A DNA stretch of 64,000 nt from Azolla caroliniana (taxonomy: Eukaryota > Plantae > Polypodiophyta), in the NCBI GenBank assembly GCA_043228905.1, contig JBHGNT010000114.1, positions 15,760 through 79,759 on the forward strand, given 5' to 3'. Positions 53,529 through 64,000 of the stretch are shown piece after piece (positions within the stretch are counted from its first letter, which is position 1; each line of letters begins with the position of its first letter). Under the pieces are notes generated by a model. It saw only the letters and a program-made list of their open reading frames with translations. It did not search any database and was not told where the DNA came from. The position numbers and the translations under genes are program-made.

Positions 53529-56500
53529 TGCTACACACACACACACATAGTCTCTCATCTTCCGCTGCATTGCAATCACCACAGACTCCATTTCTTAACA
53601 TGGTATAAGAGTGTGTGGTTGTCTGATCACACCTATTCAATTATGTTGTGCTGCACGTCGACGATCAACAGAACCGGCTAATCAACAGAAGTAGAAATCA
53701 CCATGAACACTCAGATGGGAAGCAGCCTTCCTATGGAGAAGCTTGACAAAACGAACTTTGCATCTTGGGAGTACAAGATGCATCAATACCTTGTAGGACA
53801 AGGTTACTGGAGCTACATTGAAGAAGCTCACAAAATGCAACCCAACCCAACACACGCCGACTATCCCGCTTGGGAGCAGGTTGCGAGTTGTGTGTTGTAT
53901 TGTCTAGCATCATGCGTTCATGATCATATGCTTCTCTACATTCAAGAGGCAAAAATGCCGAAGCAAGCATGGGAAAATCTCAGAAAGATTTTTGCAGCCA
54001 ACACGACCGCACGCAAGCTCCAGCTTCGTCAGGAGCTAAATAGCATCCAACAGAGGGACATGTCAATCTCAAGCTATACCTTGAAGATCAAGGAGCTATG
54101 TGACGCCATCGGATCAATCAACATCGTCATTGATGATGATGAACTGGTGCAGATATGCCTCGAAGGCTTAGCACCGCATTTCGGCGCGATTAGATCAGCC
54201 ATTCTTGCAAGGGAGAACCCTCCCTCCTTTTTCGACCTTCAATCGATATTGTTGGTCGAAGAGAATCACACCCGACAGAGGAGCAACGCATCAGATGGTC
54301 ATTTGCTCTACTCCCAGTCGGATAATAGAAGAAATTTCGGCCGTGGAAATAGAGGTCGTTTCGGACAAGGCCATAATGATCGGCGGAATCAAGGGCGTAA
54401 CTCCCACCAGTGGCAAGCGGACGAGAACGGGCCCAGAGAGCTTGGCGGAAGGGGGAGCCATAACGCCGGACCGAGCAATTGCCGAAACCCAGTCAAGTGC
54501 AGATACTGCGGAAAACCCGGCCACTATGAAGAAGAATGCTGGAAGAAGAAACGTGAGGCAGGCCAACAACTCACGAACTATGCAACAAATTCTGACTATG
54601 GCGATCATGACGGAATGTTCGTAATGAGGCATAAAGCACACTCAATGTCTGCACAGGCTTCAACTAGCGCCTCCGCCTCAAATAGTGTATGGATTGTTGA
54701 CTCAGGTGCGTCCAACCATATGACGTCTCATGAAGATTGGTTCCAGGAACTGCATAAACCCGATCGGACCAGATATGTCGAGACTGGCGATGACACGACT
54801 CATTCAATACAGCATATTGGGAATGTCCCATTAGGAAATGACGGGGACCAAACTTATCTCAAGAACGTCTTGCATGTCCCAACAATCACAAAGAACCTGA
54901 TCTCAGTAGATCAAATTGTCGAACAAGGAATGCAAGTATGATTCAACAATGGCGATTGTTTTATCGAAAAAGGCAATCGAATCGTAGCCCACGGCCGTCG
55001 TGAAGGTCGTATGTTCATTCTCGAGTCAAGCGAGGTAAAGTTGGCCATGTACGCAAAGGGCCAAAAAGTCGAAACTGACTTGACATTGTGGCACAAGAGG
55101 ATTGGCCACATTAATTTCTAGAAGCTTCAGAACATGCAGACAAAAGGAATCGTAATCAGACTTCCAAACATTACGGCAAAGGAGATCACGGGCGTGTGCG
55201 AAGCATGCCAATTCAGAAAGCAACATCGTCACCCATTCTCTAAGGAGTGGAATGTGAGCAAAGGGATCCTGGATGTAATACATTCATATGTGTGGGGACC
55301 AGCCCAAACGGCTACCTTCGGCGGATGTCGTTATTATGTCACGTTCATCGACGACTTCTCGAGGAACACCTGGATCTACCCGATGAGACAGAAGAGCGAA
55401 GTGTTCGGACACTTCCAGAAGTTCAAAGCTGAAGTAGAAAAAGCTATGGGCCGGCATGTACGTTGCCTTCGATCAGGCAGAGGTAAAGAATACTTTTCGA
55501 ATGAGTTCACGGAGTATCTCCAAAAAGCAGGAATCTGACGAGAGTTCCCATGCCGATATACGCCTCAGCAAAACGGCGTAGCAGAGCGGAAAAACAGGCA
55601 CATAGTCGAAGTCACGCGAGCTATGATGAATGAGAAGGACTTGCTGAAATCATACTGGGTAGAAGCGGCAAATATGGCCATATACCTCATGAACAGGTGC
55701 ACAACCTCAGGAGTACACAACATAACTCTGCATGAGAAGTTTTTCGGGAAGAAGCCGAACTTATCACATGTCCGCATTTTCGGCTCAATCGCCTATGTAC
55801 ACATTCCCGACGATACGCGGCAAAAGCTCGATCCAAAGTCGGAGAAATGTATCCTCATGGGATACTCGCTCGAACAAAAGGGGTACAAATGCTACAACCC
55901 ATCTACCCGAAAAGTTCGCATCAGTCGAGACGTAGTCTTCGACGAGTCTGCATCTTGGTACGCACCAAAGAATACTTCGACTCCGCTCAACGCGGATGAC
56001 ACCGAAAATAGAATAGAAGCCGAGGATCGGCTCACACAAATGTTCGAAGACAGCCCAACTACGACATGGTTGAGTGGACCGCAAGAGCCCCCAAGTGATA
56101 AAAGCACATTTCGGCCAAGTCCAAAGCTAGACAAAGGCAAGGCGAAAATGCAGGAATACGAAGATCATTTCGATCTTGATAGTGAATTTGAAGGCCTTGA
56201 CATTCACACAGACGGCGTGAAGAAACGTCTAGAGTCCACAAACGACAAGCCACGCCAATCTACGTGTGAGAAGAACCCCGTAAACCGCTATGGCTATGAC
56301 GAGTACTTAGCGTATCATTACGCCTTCATGATGAAGGTAGCGTCAGTACGGGAGCCAGAAACGCTTTCTGAAGCCGTGAAGGATCCACGATGGGTTAATG
56401 TGATGAATGAGGAAATGGAAGCGTTAAATAAATTCATTGCTCCGGCCCAAAATACGATCAATCCGGTGTGAGCCACGTGAGCACCAAGCAATTTACCAGA

Positions 56501-57160
56501 CAAATTGATAAGTCGATGTAAAAACGAGACATGGGATCTCATTCCTCATCCCCCGAACAAGAAACCAATCAGCTTTAGGTGGATTTACAAAGTGAAACAT
56601 AATGTCAACACCTCTATAAATCGCTTCAAAGCACGGCTCATTGCAAAAGGATATGTGCAAACACACGGTGTAGACTACTAAGAGACCTTTGCCCCGGTGG
56701 CAAAGATGACCACAGTATGAACCGTAATTGCACTCACCACAGCGGAAGGGTGGCACCTCCACCAGATGGACGTGAAAAATGCCTTCCTCCAAGGAGAGCT
56801 AGAAGAAGAACTGTATATGATACAACCACCTAGATTCGAATCGTGTAAACATCCGCACGCCATATGCCGACTCAAGAAGCCACTTTACAGTCTCAAACAA
56901 GCACCGCGTGCTTGGCATTCGAAAATCACGCAATATCTTCATCAAGTCGGATTTCGGATGTCAAAATCCGACACTTCCCTATACATCCGAAACGAGTCGG
57001 ATAGCCCGATAATCATTATCTTGTACGTGGATGATTTGGTCATCGGAGGAAAGGATCTAGGCGAGGTTAACAAAGTTAAATCACTTCTTTCCGGCAGATT
57101 CGAAATGAAAGACCTGCACGAACTTCATTACTTCCTAGGTATTGAAGTAATTTGGACACC
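53311..57160 (+). mobile_element. Copia D, 3'-truncated (LTR 53311-53600, degenerate iMet PBS 53601-53612)
   Basis: gag-PR ORF 53703-54941 (CRYCGKPGHYEEEC, WIVDSGAS), integrase 55134-56000, RT 56766-57160 (ILYVDDL). Confidence 0.93.
56427..56516 (-). other. psbC: Nuclear plastid DNA fragment (NUPT) of psbC, 90 bp
   Basis: Encodes [29 protein letters not shown], matching the CP43 N-terminal helix region except A>T. Confidence 0.95.
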
Positions 57161-58110
57161 AGTCAAGAGGAAATCAAACACCAACCACCTTTGACCCTTC
57201 CACATCACTCTTTTCTTCTTGGCACATACCAGAGGATGTGCGGTTTGGTGGGGGTGGATGTCGTGATGTGGCATGTCTAGTGCGAGAAAAAGTCAAAAAT
57301 TGAGGATCCACACACATTTCACGAATACTTGTAAAACTGAAAATAAATAAACCTAGGTCACAATGGCATTGAGTGCATGTAAAGGGTTGGAAGTAGGATT
57401 TGAACCTTGCACCTCTAAGATAAAAGGCAATTACCTTACCATTAAAGCTACTACTAAGTGCTTTACATGTTCTATATTTCTTTTTCATATTCAGTATTTC
57501 GTAGGAATGTACAAAACCGTGTACACAAAACCACGGTTTTAAGCCCATGGTTTTCTGCATGTCACAAAGCAAAACTGTGTGCACAGAAACCATGGCTCCA
57601 AGCCCATGGTTTTGTGCATGGACAAACCTATAAAACCCCTAGTACGACTTGTGTAAAGGGGGGGGGCCTCAATATGTGATATCAATATCACCATCAATAT
57701 AATATTCTTCTCGACATCTTTTGGTGAACCCGACGTGAAGAGCGGCAGGGGAGGATGAAGATGGACAAGGAATATCTCATGAAGGCAATGTCGAAGATGA
57801 TGATGGAATTTTCGAGAGAAAGTAAAAGACGAGATGCGGCCCAACAAGCCGTCGAAAGCGTGGTCGAACGAGTCGGCTATTTCGACGGGGCATAGTCCAA
57901 AATTTTTTAGACACCTACAATGCCGAGATGGATTCGAGAGGTGTAAAAGAAGCTACAAGGCTAGAGTACTTTTGTCGGGTGGTGGCTGAACCGAACTAGA
58001 AAGAGGTAAAAGAGCTTCAAGAAGCTCATGATTCGTGGGTGACTTTCAAGGAGGCTCTATTGGAGGCATATGGCTATGAGAGACCGAAGGGACAAACTCT
58101 ATACAATTTT

Positions 58111-58719
58111 TGTTGGGAATCGACGCTTCGATTCACCTTCACCGCTCGGCCACAACCGAGTAATCGCGGATCAATGCAGCAGAAAATAGGAACCAAAGAG
58201 AGAAACACACGAGTACACAGGGATTAACGTGGAAAACCCTAGATGGGAAAAACCACGGGAGTACAAGACTCCAAACCAACACTATACAAAGAGAAGTATA
58301 CAATGGCGAGCTCCAAGGCGACGACCTTGAGCTCGCTGTCCTCGCCACAGGCGGCGGAAATACACAGAGGCGTCGTCCTCTTCCTCTCTCGCGCTCTATC
58401 TCTCTCTCTCTCACGGCTGCTCCCTCTTCACTCCTCTTGAGTGGAAAAACAGAAAATATGATCAGCAACACTAAAACAGTTTGCCCTAAGTCATATTTAT
58501 ACATATATGACTTTGGGGCTATTTACAACTATAGCCTCAGGGGCCCATAGCAGACATATTCACGGATATGTCCCTGCATTCGGATCGCTCTCCGGGTACA
58601 TTCGTCATCCGGCTCCGAAGTCGAGGTCTTCCTCATCCGGTTCCGAAACCGAAACCGGGCTTGTCGGCATTCATCTCCGACATCCGACCATCCCATCCGA
58701 AGGGACCGTAATTCCAACA
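58111..58719 (-). repeat. 3' LTR of intact Copia
   Basis: TGTTGGGAAT...TTCCAACA, matches 62834-63442. Confidence 0.98.
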
Positions 58720-58729
58720 AACTCCCCCT

Positions 58730-61700
58730 TCACTTCGGCATGGGATGTCTTTCCAATCCGATCCTCTTCCGGCATGCTTCCAGCTTGTCGGGTGTGAGCA
58801 CCTTGGTCAGCATATCCGACCCGTTCTCGTCCGTGTGGATCTTTGTCAGCACGAACTCCTTGTCTTCTATCCTTTCCCGGATCCAGTGATATCTTCGCTG
58901 GATGTGCTTCGTCCGGGAGTGATAGGCCGCGTTCTTCGCAAGGTGGATTGCACTCTGACTGTCGCAGTAGAGTCGGTACTCCTCCTGCCGGATACCGAGC
59001 TCTCTAATGAAGTCCTTCATCCATATTATTTCCTTGCCGGCTTCAACAGCTGCCATGTACTCCGCCTCCGTGGTTGACAACACAACCGTCTTCTGCAGCC
59101 TCGACTGCCACGAAACAGCTCCCCCTGCATACGTCATCACATACCCTGATGTGGACCGGCTGGTATCTGCATCAGCCGACATATCCGAATCGGTGAAGCC
59201 GTCGAGTTCGGGCTTACCGGAGCCGAATCGGAGGCACACGTTTGCCGTGCCCTTCAGGTATCGGAGTATCCACTTGGCCGCGTTCCAATGCTCTTTGCCG
59301 GGATTGCTCATGTACCGGCTCACCACTCCGACTGCATATCCTATGTCCGGTCTCGTACACACCATGGCGTACATCAAGCTCCCGACGGCTGAGGCATACG
59401 GCACTTTCATCATATCCTCCTTTTCAGCCTTTGTCTTGGGACTTTGCTTGCTGGACAGCTTGCAGTTTGCCGGGAGGGTCGATCCGACCGGTCTTGCTTC
59501 CGACATGTTGAACCGGTGAAGCACCTTCGTCACGTACTTCTCCTGTGACAGCCACAACTGCTTCTTCTTCCGGTCCCGGATGATGTGCATCCCTAGTATT
59601 TGTCTCGCCGGACCCAGGTCCTTCATTGAGAAGGTTCGGTGAAGAGCCTTCTTCAGAATCCGTATCTTGACCTGGTCCCGTCCGACGATCAACATGTCGT
59701 CCACGTACAGGAGGAGTATTAGAAAGTCTCCTCCTTCGAACTTCTTCACAAACACGCAGTGGTCGGACTGCGTTTTGAGGTACCCTTCGTCGGTCATGAA
59801 GGAGTCGAACTTCCGGTACCATTGCCGGGGAGCCTGCTTCAGTCCGTAAAGGCTCTTCTTCAATCGGCATACCAGGTGCTCCTTCCCTTTCTTCTCGAAT
59901 CCTTCCGGTTGCTGCATGTAGATCTCTTCATCGAGGTCACCGTGAAGGAATGCCGTCTTCACGTCCATCTGTTCTACCTCGAGGTCCATGCTTGCCGCTA
60001 TGCTCAGCACCGTCCGGATGGAGGTCATCTTCACTACCGGGGCAAATATCTTGTCGAAGTCGACGCCCTTCTTCTGCTGAAACCCCTTCACCACGATCCT
60101 GGCTTTGTATCTCGGGGGGTTTCCGGCATCTCCCGGTTTCAGCTTGAACACCCACTTGTTTCGAAGTGCCCGCTTTCCTTTCGGCAACTCCACAAGTTCA
60201 TATGTGTGGTTCTCATGCAGGGAATCCATCTCGTCCTGCATGGCACTCAACCACCTGCGGCTCTGGGTGTCATGCTTTGCTTCTTCAAAGCTCTCCGGCT
60301 CCCCCTCGTCGGTTAGCAACACGTGCTCTGGTTCCGGAAATCTCCGGGGGGCCCTTCTCTCTCTTAGAGGGTATCTCCGTTCCGGAGCTTCGGTAACCGG
60401 TTCTTCCGATTCTTCTTCATCCGAATCCATTTCGGGATCGGGGCCGGTTCCGGTATCATTTTCATCTTCTTCGGCCGGTTCTGTTTCTTCACCGTCTTCG
60501 GCCGGATCCTCGAGTGCTAACCGGTCCCTTGCCGGTCGGGACTGCTCCTCGTAGAGTTCATCCTCACCGGTCGACTTGGAGCTCTTCATCTTCTTCTCCG
60601 ACTCCCAGTCAGCGAGTGTCTTGTCCTCCATGAAGATGATGTCTCGACTCCTGAATATCTTCTTGTCGACCGGGTCCCATACTCGGTAGCCGAACTCGTC
60701 GTCGCCGTAACCGAGGAATATGCATGGCCGGGTCTTTGGATCTAGCTTTCCTCTCCGGTCCTTTGCCACATGCACGTATGCGAGACACCCGAACACCTTC
60801 AGATGCCGGTAGGATACTTCCCTACCGGTCCACACTCTCTGCGGCGTGTCTCCGTCCAAAGGTACTGAGGGTGATCTATTTATCACATATGTCGCCGTCG
60901 ACATTGCCTCAGCCCAAAATCCCTTGGGTAATTTCGCATGCGCCAGCATACTCCGGACCCTCTCCATTATGGTCCGGTTCATCCTCTCGGCCAGCCCGTT
61001 CAGTTCTGGCGTCTTCGGCACAGTAAACTCGAGTCGGATTCCCTTCGAGCGACAGTACTCCTGGAACTGCCCCCGGTATTCCCCTCCGTTATCCGCTCGT
61101 ATCGCTTTCAGCTTCTTGCCGGATTCTCTTTCCACTCTCGCGTGGAGTTCTTTGAAGACAGACAACACTTGGTCCTTTGTCTTCATCGGTGCCGTCCACA
61201 GTCTTCGGCTATGATCATCTATGAAAGTTACGAAGTACTGGGCTCCGCCATGTGACTTCGTTTCTACCTGACACACATCAGTGTGCACCAACTCCAATGG
61301 TGCGCTACGTCTCGTCGGTGGCCTTGAGTGGAAGGAGGTTCGGTTCTGCTTACCGGCCAGGCAATCGGTGCACTTCTCCAGGTGCACATGCTTCACTGGA
61401 ATAAGGTTGTCTTCTGCAAGCCTCTTCATCCCCCTCTCGCTCATGTGGCACAGTCTTTTGTGCCACAGCTCACCGGCAGTGTCGGCTGCCACATTCAGCT
61501 CTTCCGGACATAACCGGGCATTCATCAGGTACAGTGTGTTGTCTTTCCGGGCCCGAGCCACTATCAGGCTCCCCTTGCTGAACTTCATTACGCCGTTCCG
61601 GATGCTACCTGTGTAGCCTTCATCGTCTAGCCTCCCGGCCGAAATCAGGTTCAATCGAACCTCCGGAACGTGTCGGACATCCTTCAGCAGCATTTTGCAT

Positions 61701-62803
61701 CCGGTCGGGGTTGTCAACCACACGTCTCCGATGCCGGCAATCCAGCACGTACCTTCATTTCCCATCCGAACACAGCCATGCTCACCGGCTGTGTAGGATG
61801 AGAAGTATCTTCTCTCCGGGGTCAGGTGGAACGATGCTCCGGAATCGACCACCCAGGTCGTCTCATCGCCGGCAATGTTTAGTTCACCTTCTTCGGTGAT
61901 GAGCATGATTTCTTCCTCACTTGCCGCGAGTGCCGTTGTTCCTTTCCGGTCCTGCCCTCGCCGATCCGAACCTCTCCGGTCCGTGGCTCCCCGGTATGCA
62001 CCGTTTCTCTCCGGTGACTTCTTCGGATCGGTGTCGTCGGCTCCGTTGTCTTTTCGGTAATGCCGACAATTCTTTCGGAAGTGCCCCGGCTTCCCACAGT
62101 GGAAGCATGTGGGCCTTCCTCTTGACTGCGACCGGGTCCCTGACTTCTCCCGTCTTTGCGGACTCCGGTTCCATTGTCTTCCCCGATCCGATTCGGTAAG
62201 CAGCGCCTTCGAGTCGGAGGCTGGTTCTTTATCTCTCCGACGCGCTTCTTCGTTCAAAATACTTGTCTTTACCGTTTGTAAGGACAAGTTATCTTCGGTG
62301 CAGGAGGTGCTGAGAGTCACCACCAAGTTCTCCCAGCTTTCCGGCAATGTACACATCAGGATGATGGCTTGCATTGCATCCTCCAACGGGAACTTAATCG
62401 CCGCAAGCTGGTTCACGAATCCCATGAACGTGCTTACGTGTTCAACCATACTCTCGCCGTCCCGGTACTTGAGGTTCACTATCTTCCTCATCAGGGAGGT
62501 CCGGTTCAACGCATTCTTCCTCTCGTAGAGGCCCGACAGCTTCTTCCACATCTCATATGCGTTGGTGTCGTTCGCCACATGTTGTAGGACGCTTACATCG
62601 ACATATTGTCGGATCGTCGCTACGGCTTTCCGGTTCAGGAGCTTCCACTCCGACTCAAGTACCCCCTTCGGTATTTCCGACCTGTCAATCGGTTCGTACA
62701 GGTCCCGAACAATCAGAAGATCCTCCATCTTGATCTTCCAGTCGGCGTAATTCTGCGCATTCAGCACCATCATCCCCGGCTGCCCGCTGCCGCCGCCTTC
62801 CAT
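58730..62803 (-). CDS. Gag-Pol polyprotein (1357 aa from the ATG after the PBS)
   Basis: CFHCGKPGHFRKNC, WVVDSGASFH, WHKRLCH..CTDC, HTDVC..ADNGGEY..LAERMN, LLLYVDDML, TDSD..TTEAEY..CDSQSAI. Confidence 0.97.
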   Translation of the reverse strand: MEGGGSGQPGMMVLNAQNYADWKIKMEDLLIVRDLYEPIDRSEIPKGVLESEWKLLNRKAVATIRQYVDVSVLQHVANDTNAYEMWKKLSGLYERKNALNRTSLMRKIVNLKYRDGESMVEHVSTFMGFVNQLAAIKFPLEDAMQAIILMCTLPESWENLVVTLSTSCTEDNLSLQTVKTSILNEEARRRDKEPASDSKALLTESDRGRQWNRSPQRREKSGTRSQSRGRPTCFHCGKPGHFRKNCRHYRKDNGADDTDPKKSPERNGAYRGATDRRGSDRRGQDRKGTTALAASEEEIMLITEEGELNIAGDETTWVVDSGASFHLTPERRYFSSYTAGEHGCVRMGNEGTCWIAGIGDVWLTTPTGCKMLLKDVRHVPEVRLNLISAGRLDDEGYTGSIRNGVMKFSKGSLIVARARKDNTLYLMNARLCPEELNVAADTAGELWHKRLCHMSERGMKRLAEDNLIPVKHVHLEKCTDCLAGKQNRTSFHSRPPTRRSAPLELVHTDVCQVETKSHGGAQYFVTFIDDHSRRLWTAPMKTKDQVLSVFKELHARVERESGKKLKAIRADNGGEYRGQFQEYCRSKGIRLEFTVPKTPELNGLAERMNRTIMERVRSMLAHAKLPKGFWAEAMSTATYVINRSPSVPLDGDTPQRVWTGREVSYRHLKVFGCLAYVHVAKDRRGKLDPKTRPCIFLGYGDDEFGYRVWDPVDKKIFRSRDIIFMEDKTLADWESEKKMKSSKSTGEDELYEEQSRPARDRLALEDPAEDGEETEPAEEDENDTGTGPDPEMDSDEEESEEPVTEAPERRYPLRERRAPRRFPEPEHVLLTDEGEPESFEEAKHDTQSRRWLSAMQDEMDSLHENHTYELVELPKGKRALRNKWVFKLKPGDAGNPPRYKARIVVKGFQQKKGVDFDKIFAPVVKMTSIRTVLSIAASMDLEVEQMDVKTAFLHGDLDEEIYMQQPEGFEKKGKEHLVCRLKKSLYGLKQAPRQWYRKFDSFMTDEGYLKTQSDHCVFVKKFEGGDFLILLLYVDDMLIVGRDQVKIRILKKALHRTFSMKDLGPARQILGMHIIRDRKKKQLWLSQEKYVTKVLHRFNMSEARPVGSTLPANCKLSSKQSPKTKAEKEDMMKVPYASAVGSLMYAMVCTRPDIGYAVGVVSRYMSNPGKEHWNAAKWILRYLKGTANVCLRFGSGKPELDGFTDSDMSADADTSRSTSGYVMTYAGGAVSWQSRLQKTVVLSTTEAEYMAAVEAGKEIIWMKDFIRELGIRQEEYRLYCDSQSAIHLAKNAAYHSRTKHIQRRYHWIRERIEDKEFVLTKIHTDENGSDMLTKVLTPDKLEACRKRIGLERHPMPK

Positions 62804-62833
62804 TTTCTGCAACAGCTCGCTCTGATACCAGAT

Positions 62834-63442
62834 TGTTGGGAATCGACGCTTCGATTCACCTTCACCGCTCGGCCACAACCGAGTAATCGCGGATCAATGC
62901 AGCAGAAAATAGGAACCAAAGAGAGAAACACACGAGTACACAGGGATTAACGTGGAAAACCCTAGATGGGAAAAACCACGGGAGTACAAGACTCCAAACC
63001 AACACTATACAAAGAGAAGTATACAATGGCGAGCTCCAAGGCGACGACCTTGAGCTCGCTGTCCTCGCCACAGGCGGCGGAAATACACAGAGGCGTCGTC
63101 CTCTTCCTCTCTCGCGCTCTATCTCTCTCTCTCTCACGGCTGCTCCCTCTTCACTCCTCTTGAGTGGAAAAACAGAAAATATGATCAGCAACACTAAAAC
63201 AGTTTGCCCTAAGTCATATTTATACATATATGACTTTGGGGCTATTTACAACTATAGCCTCAGGGGCCCATAGCAGACATATTCACGGATATGTCCCTGC
63301 ATTCGGATCGCTCTCCGGGTACATTCGTCATCCGGCTCCGAAGTCGGGGTCTTCCTCATCCGGTTCCGAAACCGAAACCGGGCTTGTCGGCATTCATCTC
63401 CGACATCCGACCATCCCATCCGAAGGGACCGTAATTCCAACA
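62834..63442 (-). repeat. 5' LTR of intact Copia
   Basis: Matches 58111-58719 except A/G at 58624/63347. Confidence 0.98.
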
Positions 63443-64000
63443 ATTTTGACCAATGGGTGTCATCGAGGAAGACCCACCAAAGTGTTATGCATGCATTCAT
63501 TGAGTTTGAGTGTCGGTTCGCTCAACTCTCGGAGCGGGAACAAGGATTGGTGGGGGCGAATAAAGTCTTAATGTTTGTCAAGTCGATTGATTGGAATGTA
63601 AGGATGGCCATTGGAATCCAACTCGAGGATGACGATAGTGCAAATGGCCTCATCGAGGATTGGGCCAAAGTGGAAAGGGTATGCCGACAACACGACGAGA
63701 GGAAAACGAGATTCTCGTCGACAACAACACGACCCATGAGGGATGTTCAAAGGAGAACGGGATGCAATACACCACCACCGAAGGAAGAAAACTCGAAGAG
63801 GGAAGATTCGATACTCAACATAGAAGCCTTAAGGAGAGAAGCATTCAAGAACTTAAAGGTGCAAGGTGATGCTAAAGAGGAGCTTAAAATGGAGCGAAAA
63901 CCAAGGAGAACGGTGATCGAGGAAAAAGAGACCTCCCAAGAAATATGGGTTAATGAAGTGGCCGATACAAAGGCTCAAGTTTTTTATGAGAATACCACGG

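Larger units (their letters stand above)
58111..63442 (-). mobile_element. Intact, very young Tork/Tnt1-like Copia
   Basis: 609-bp LTRs with 1 mismatch seen, TSD ATTTT, iMet PBS 62818-62830, PPT 58720-58734, single open polyprotein. Confidence 0.98.
57219..64000 (+). mobile_element. Second Trp-primed Gypsy (3' stub, LTR 57259-57716, PBS 57722-57739, gag from 57761), interrupted by Copia, runs off window
   Basis: PBS TGGTGAACCCGACGTGAA; gag resumes at 63448 with FDQWV..FECRFAQLS..LEDDDSANGLIEDW, homologous to ORF 21583-23625. Confidence 0.85.

Noticed and set aside
56318-56542. Functional psbC gene
   Set aside because: Only 30 codons match; the flanks are antisense Copia sequence.
62804-62878. 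Upstream 25-aa extension of the 1382-aa ORF
   Set aside because: Starts at a non-ATG codon in the LTR and crosses the PBS; the ATG at 62803 is the plausible start.
58745-62950. Many plus-strand ORFs overlapping the intact Copia (and similar ORFs antisense to other pol genes)
   Set aside because: Shadow ORFs of GC-rich coding sequence with no recognisable motifs.

Overview
Plant nuclear heterochromatin made almost entirely of nested transposable elements; no intact host gene is visible. The TE mix (Tcn1-like chromovirus, tRNA-Trp-primed Gypsy, Sola-like transposase) suggests a seed-free plant such as a fern or lycophyte (inference). An old DNA-transposon-like scaffold (intron-containing Sola2-like transposase plus a convergent decayed multi-exon ORF) and at least 12 LTR retrotransposon insertions can be ordered by LTR pairs and TSDs. 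These include a very young intact Tork/Tnt1-like Copia (58111-63442), a young Trp-primed Gypsy with a 4-bp TSD (17298-24356), three copies of an Arg-primed Gypsy family with accessory ORFs, several Copia remnants, a solo LTR and an hAT MITE. Most notable: (1) an inverted PBS-like sequence where the polypurine tract should be in the Arg-primed Gypsy family; (2) antisense tRNA-like A/B-box modules in the U3 of three different LTRs; (3) a -1 frameshift slippery site plus predicted pseudoknot between protease and RT; (4) self-priming signatures in the chromovirus; (5) a ~7.9-kb inversion deduced from a split TSD; (6) a 90-bp plastid psbC fragment inside a Copia pol. All coordinates were read by eye and may be off by a few bases.
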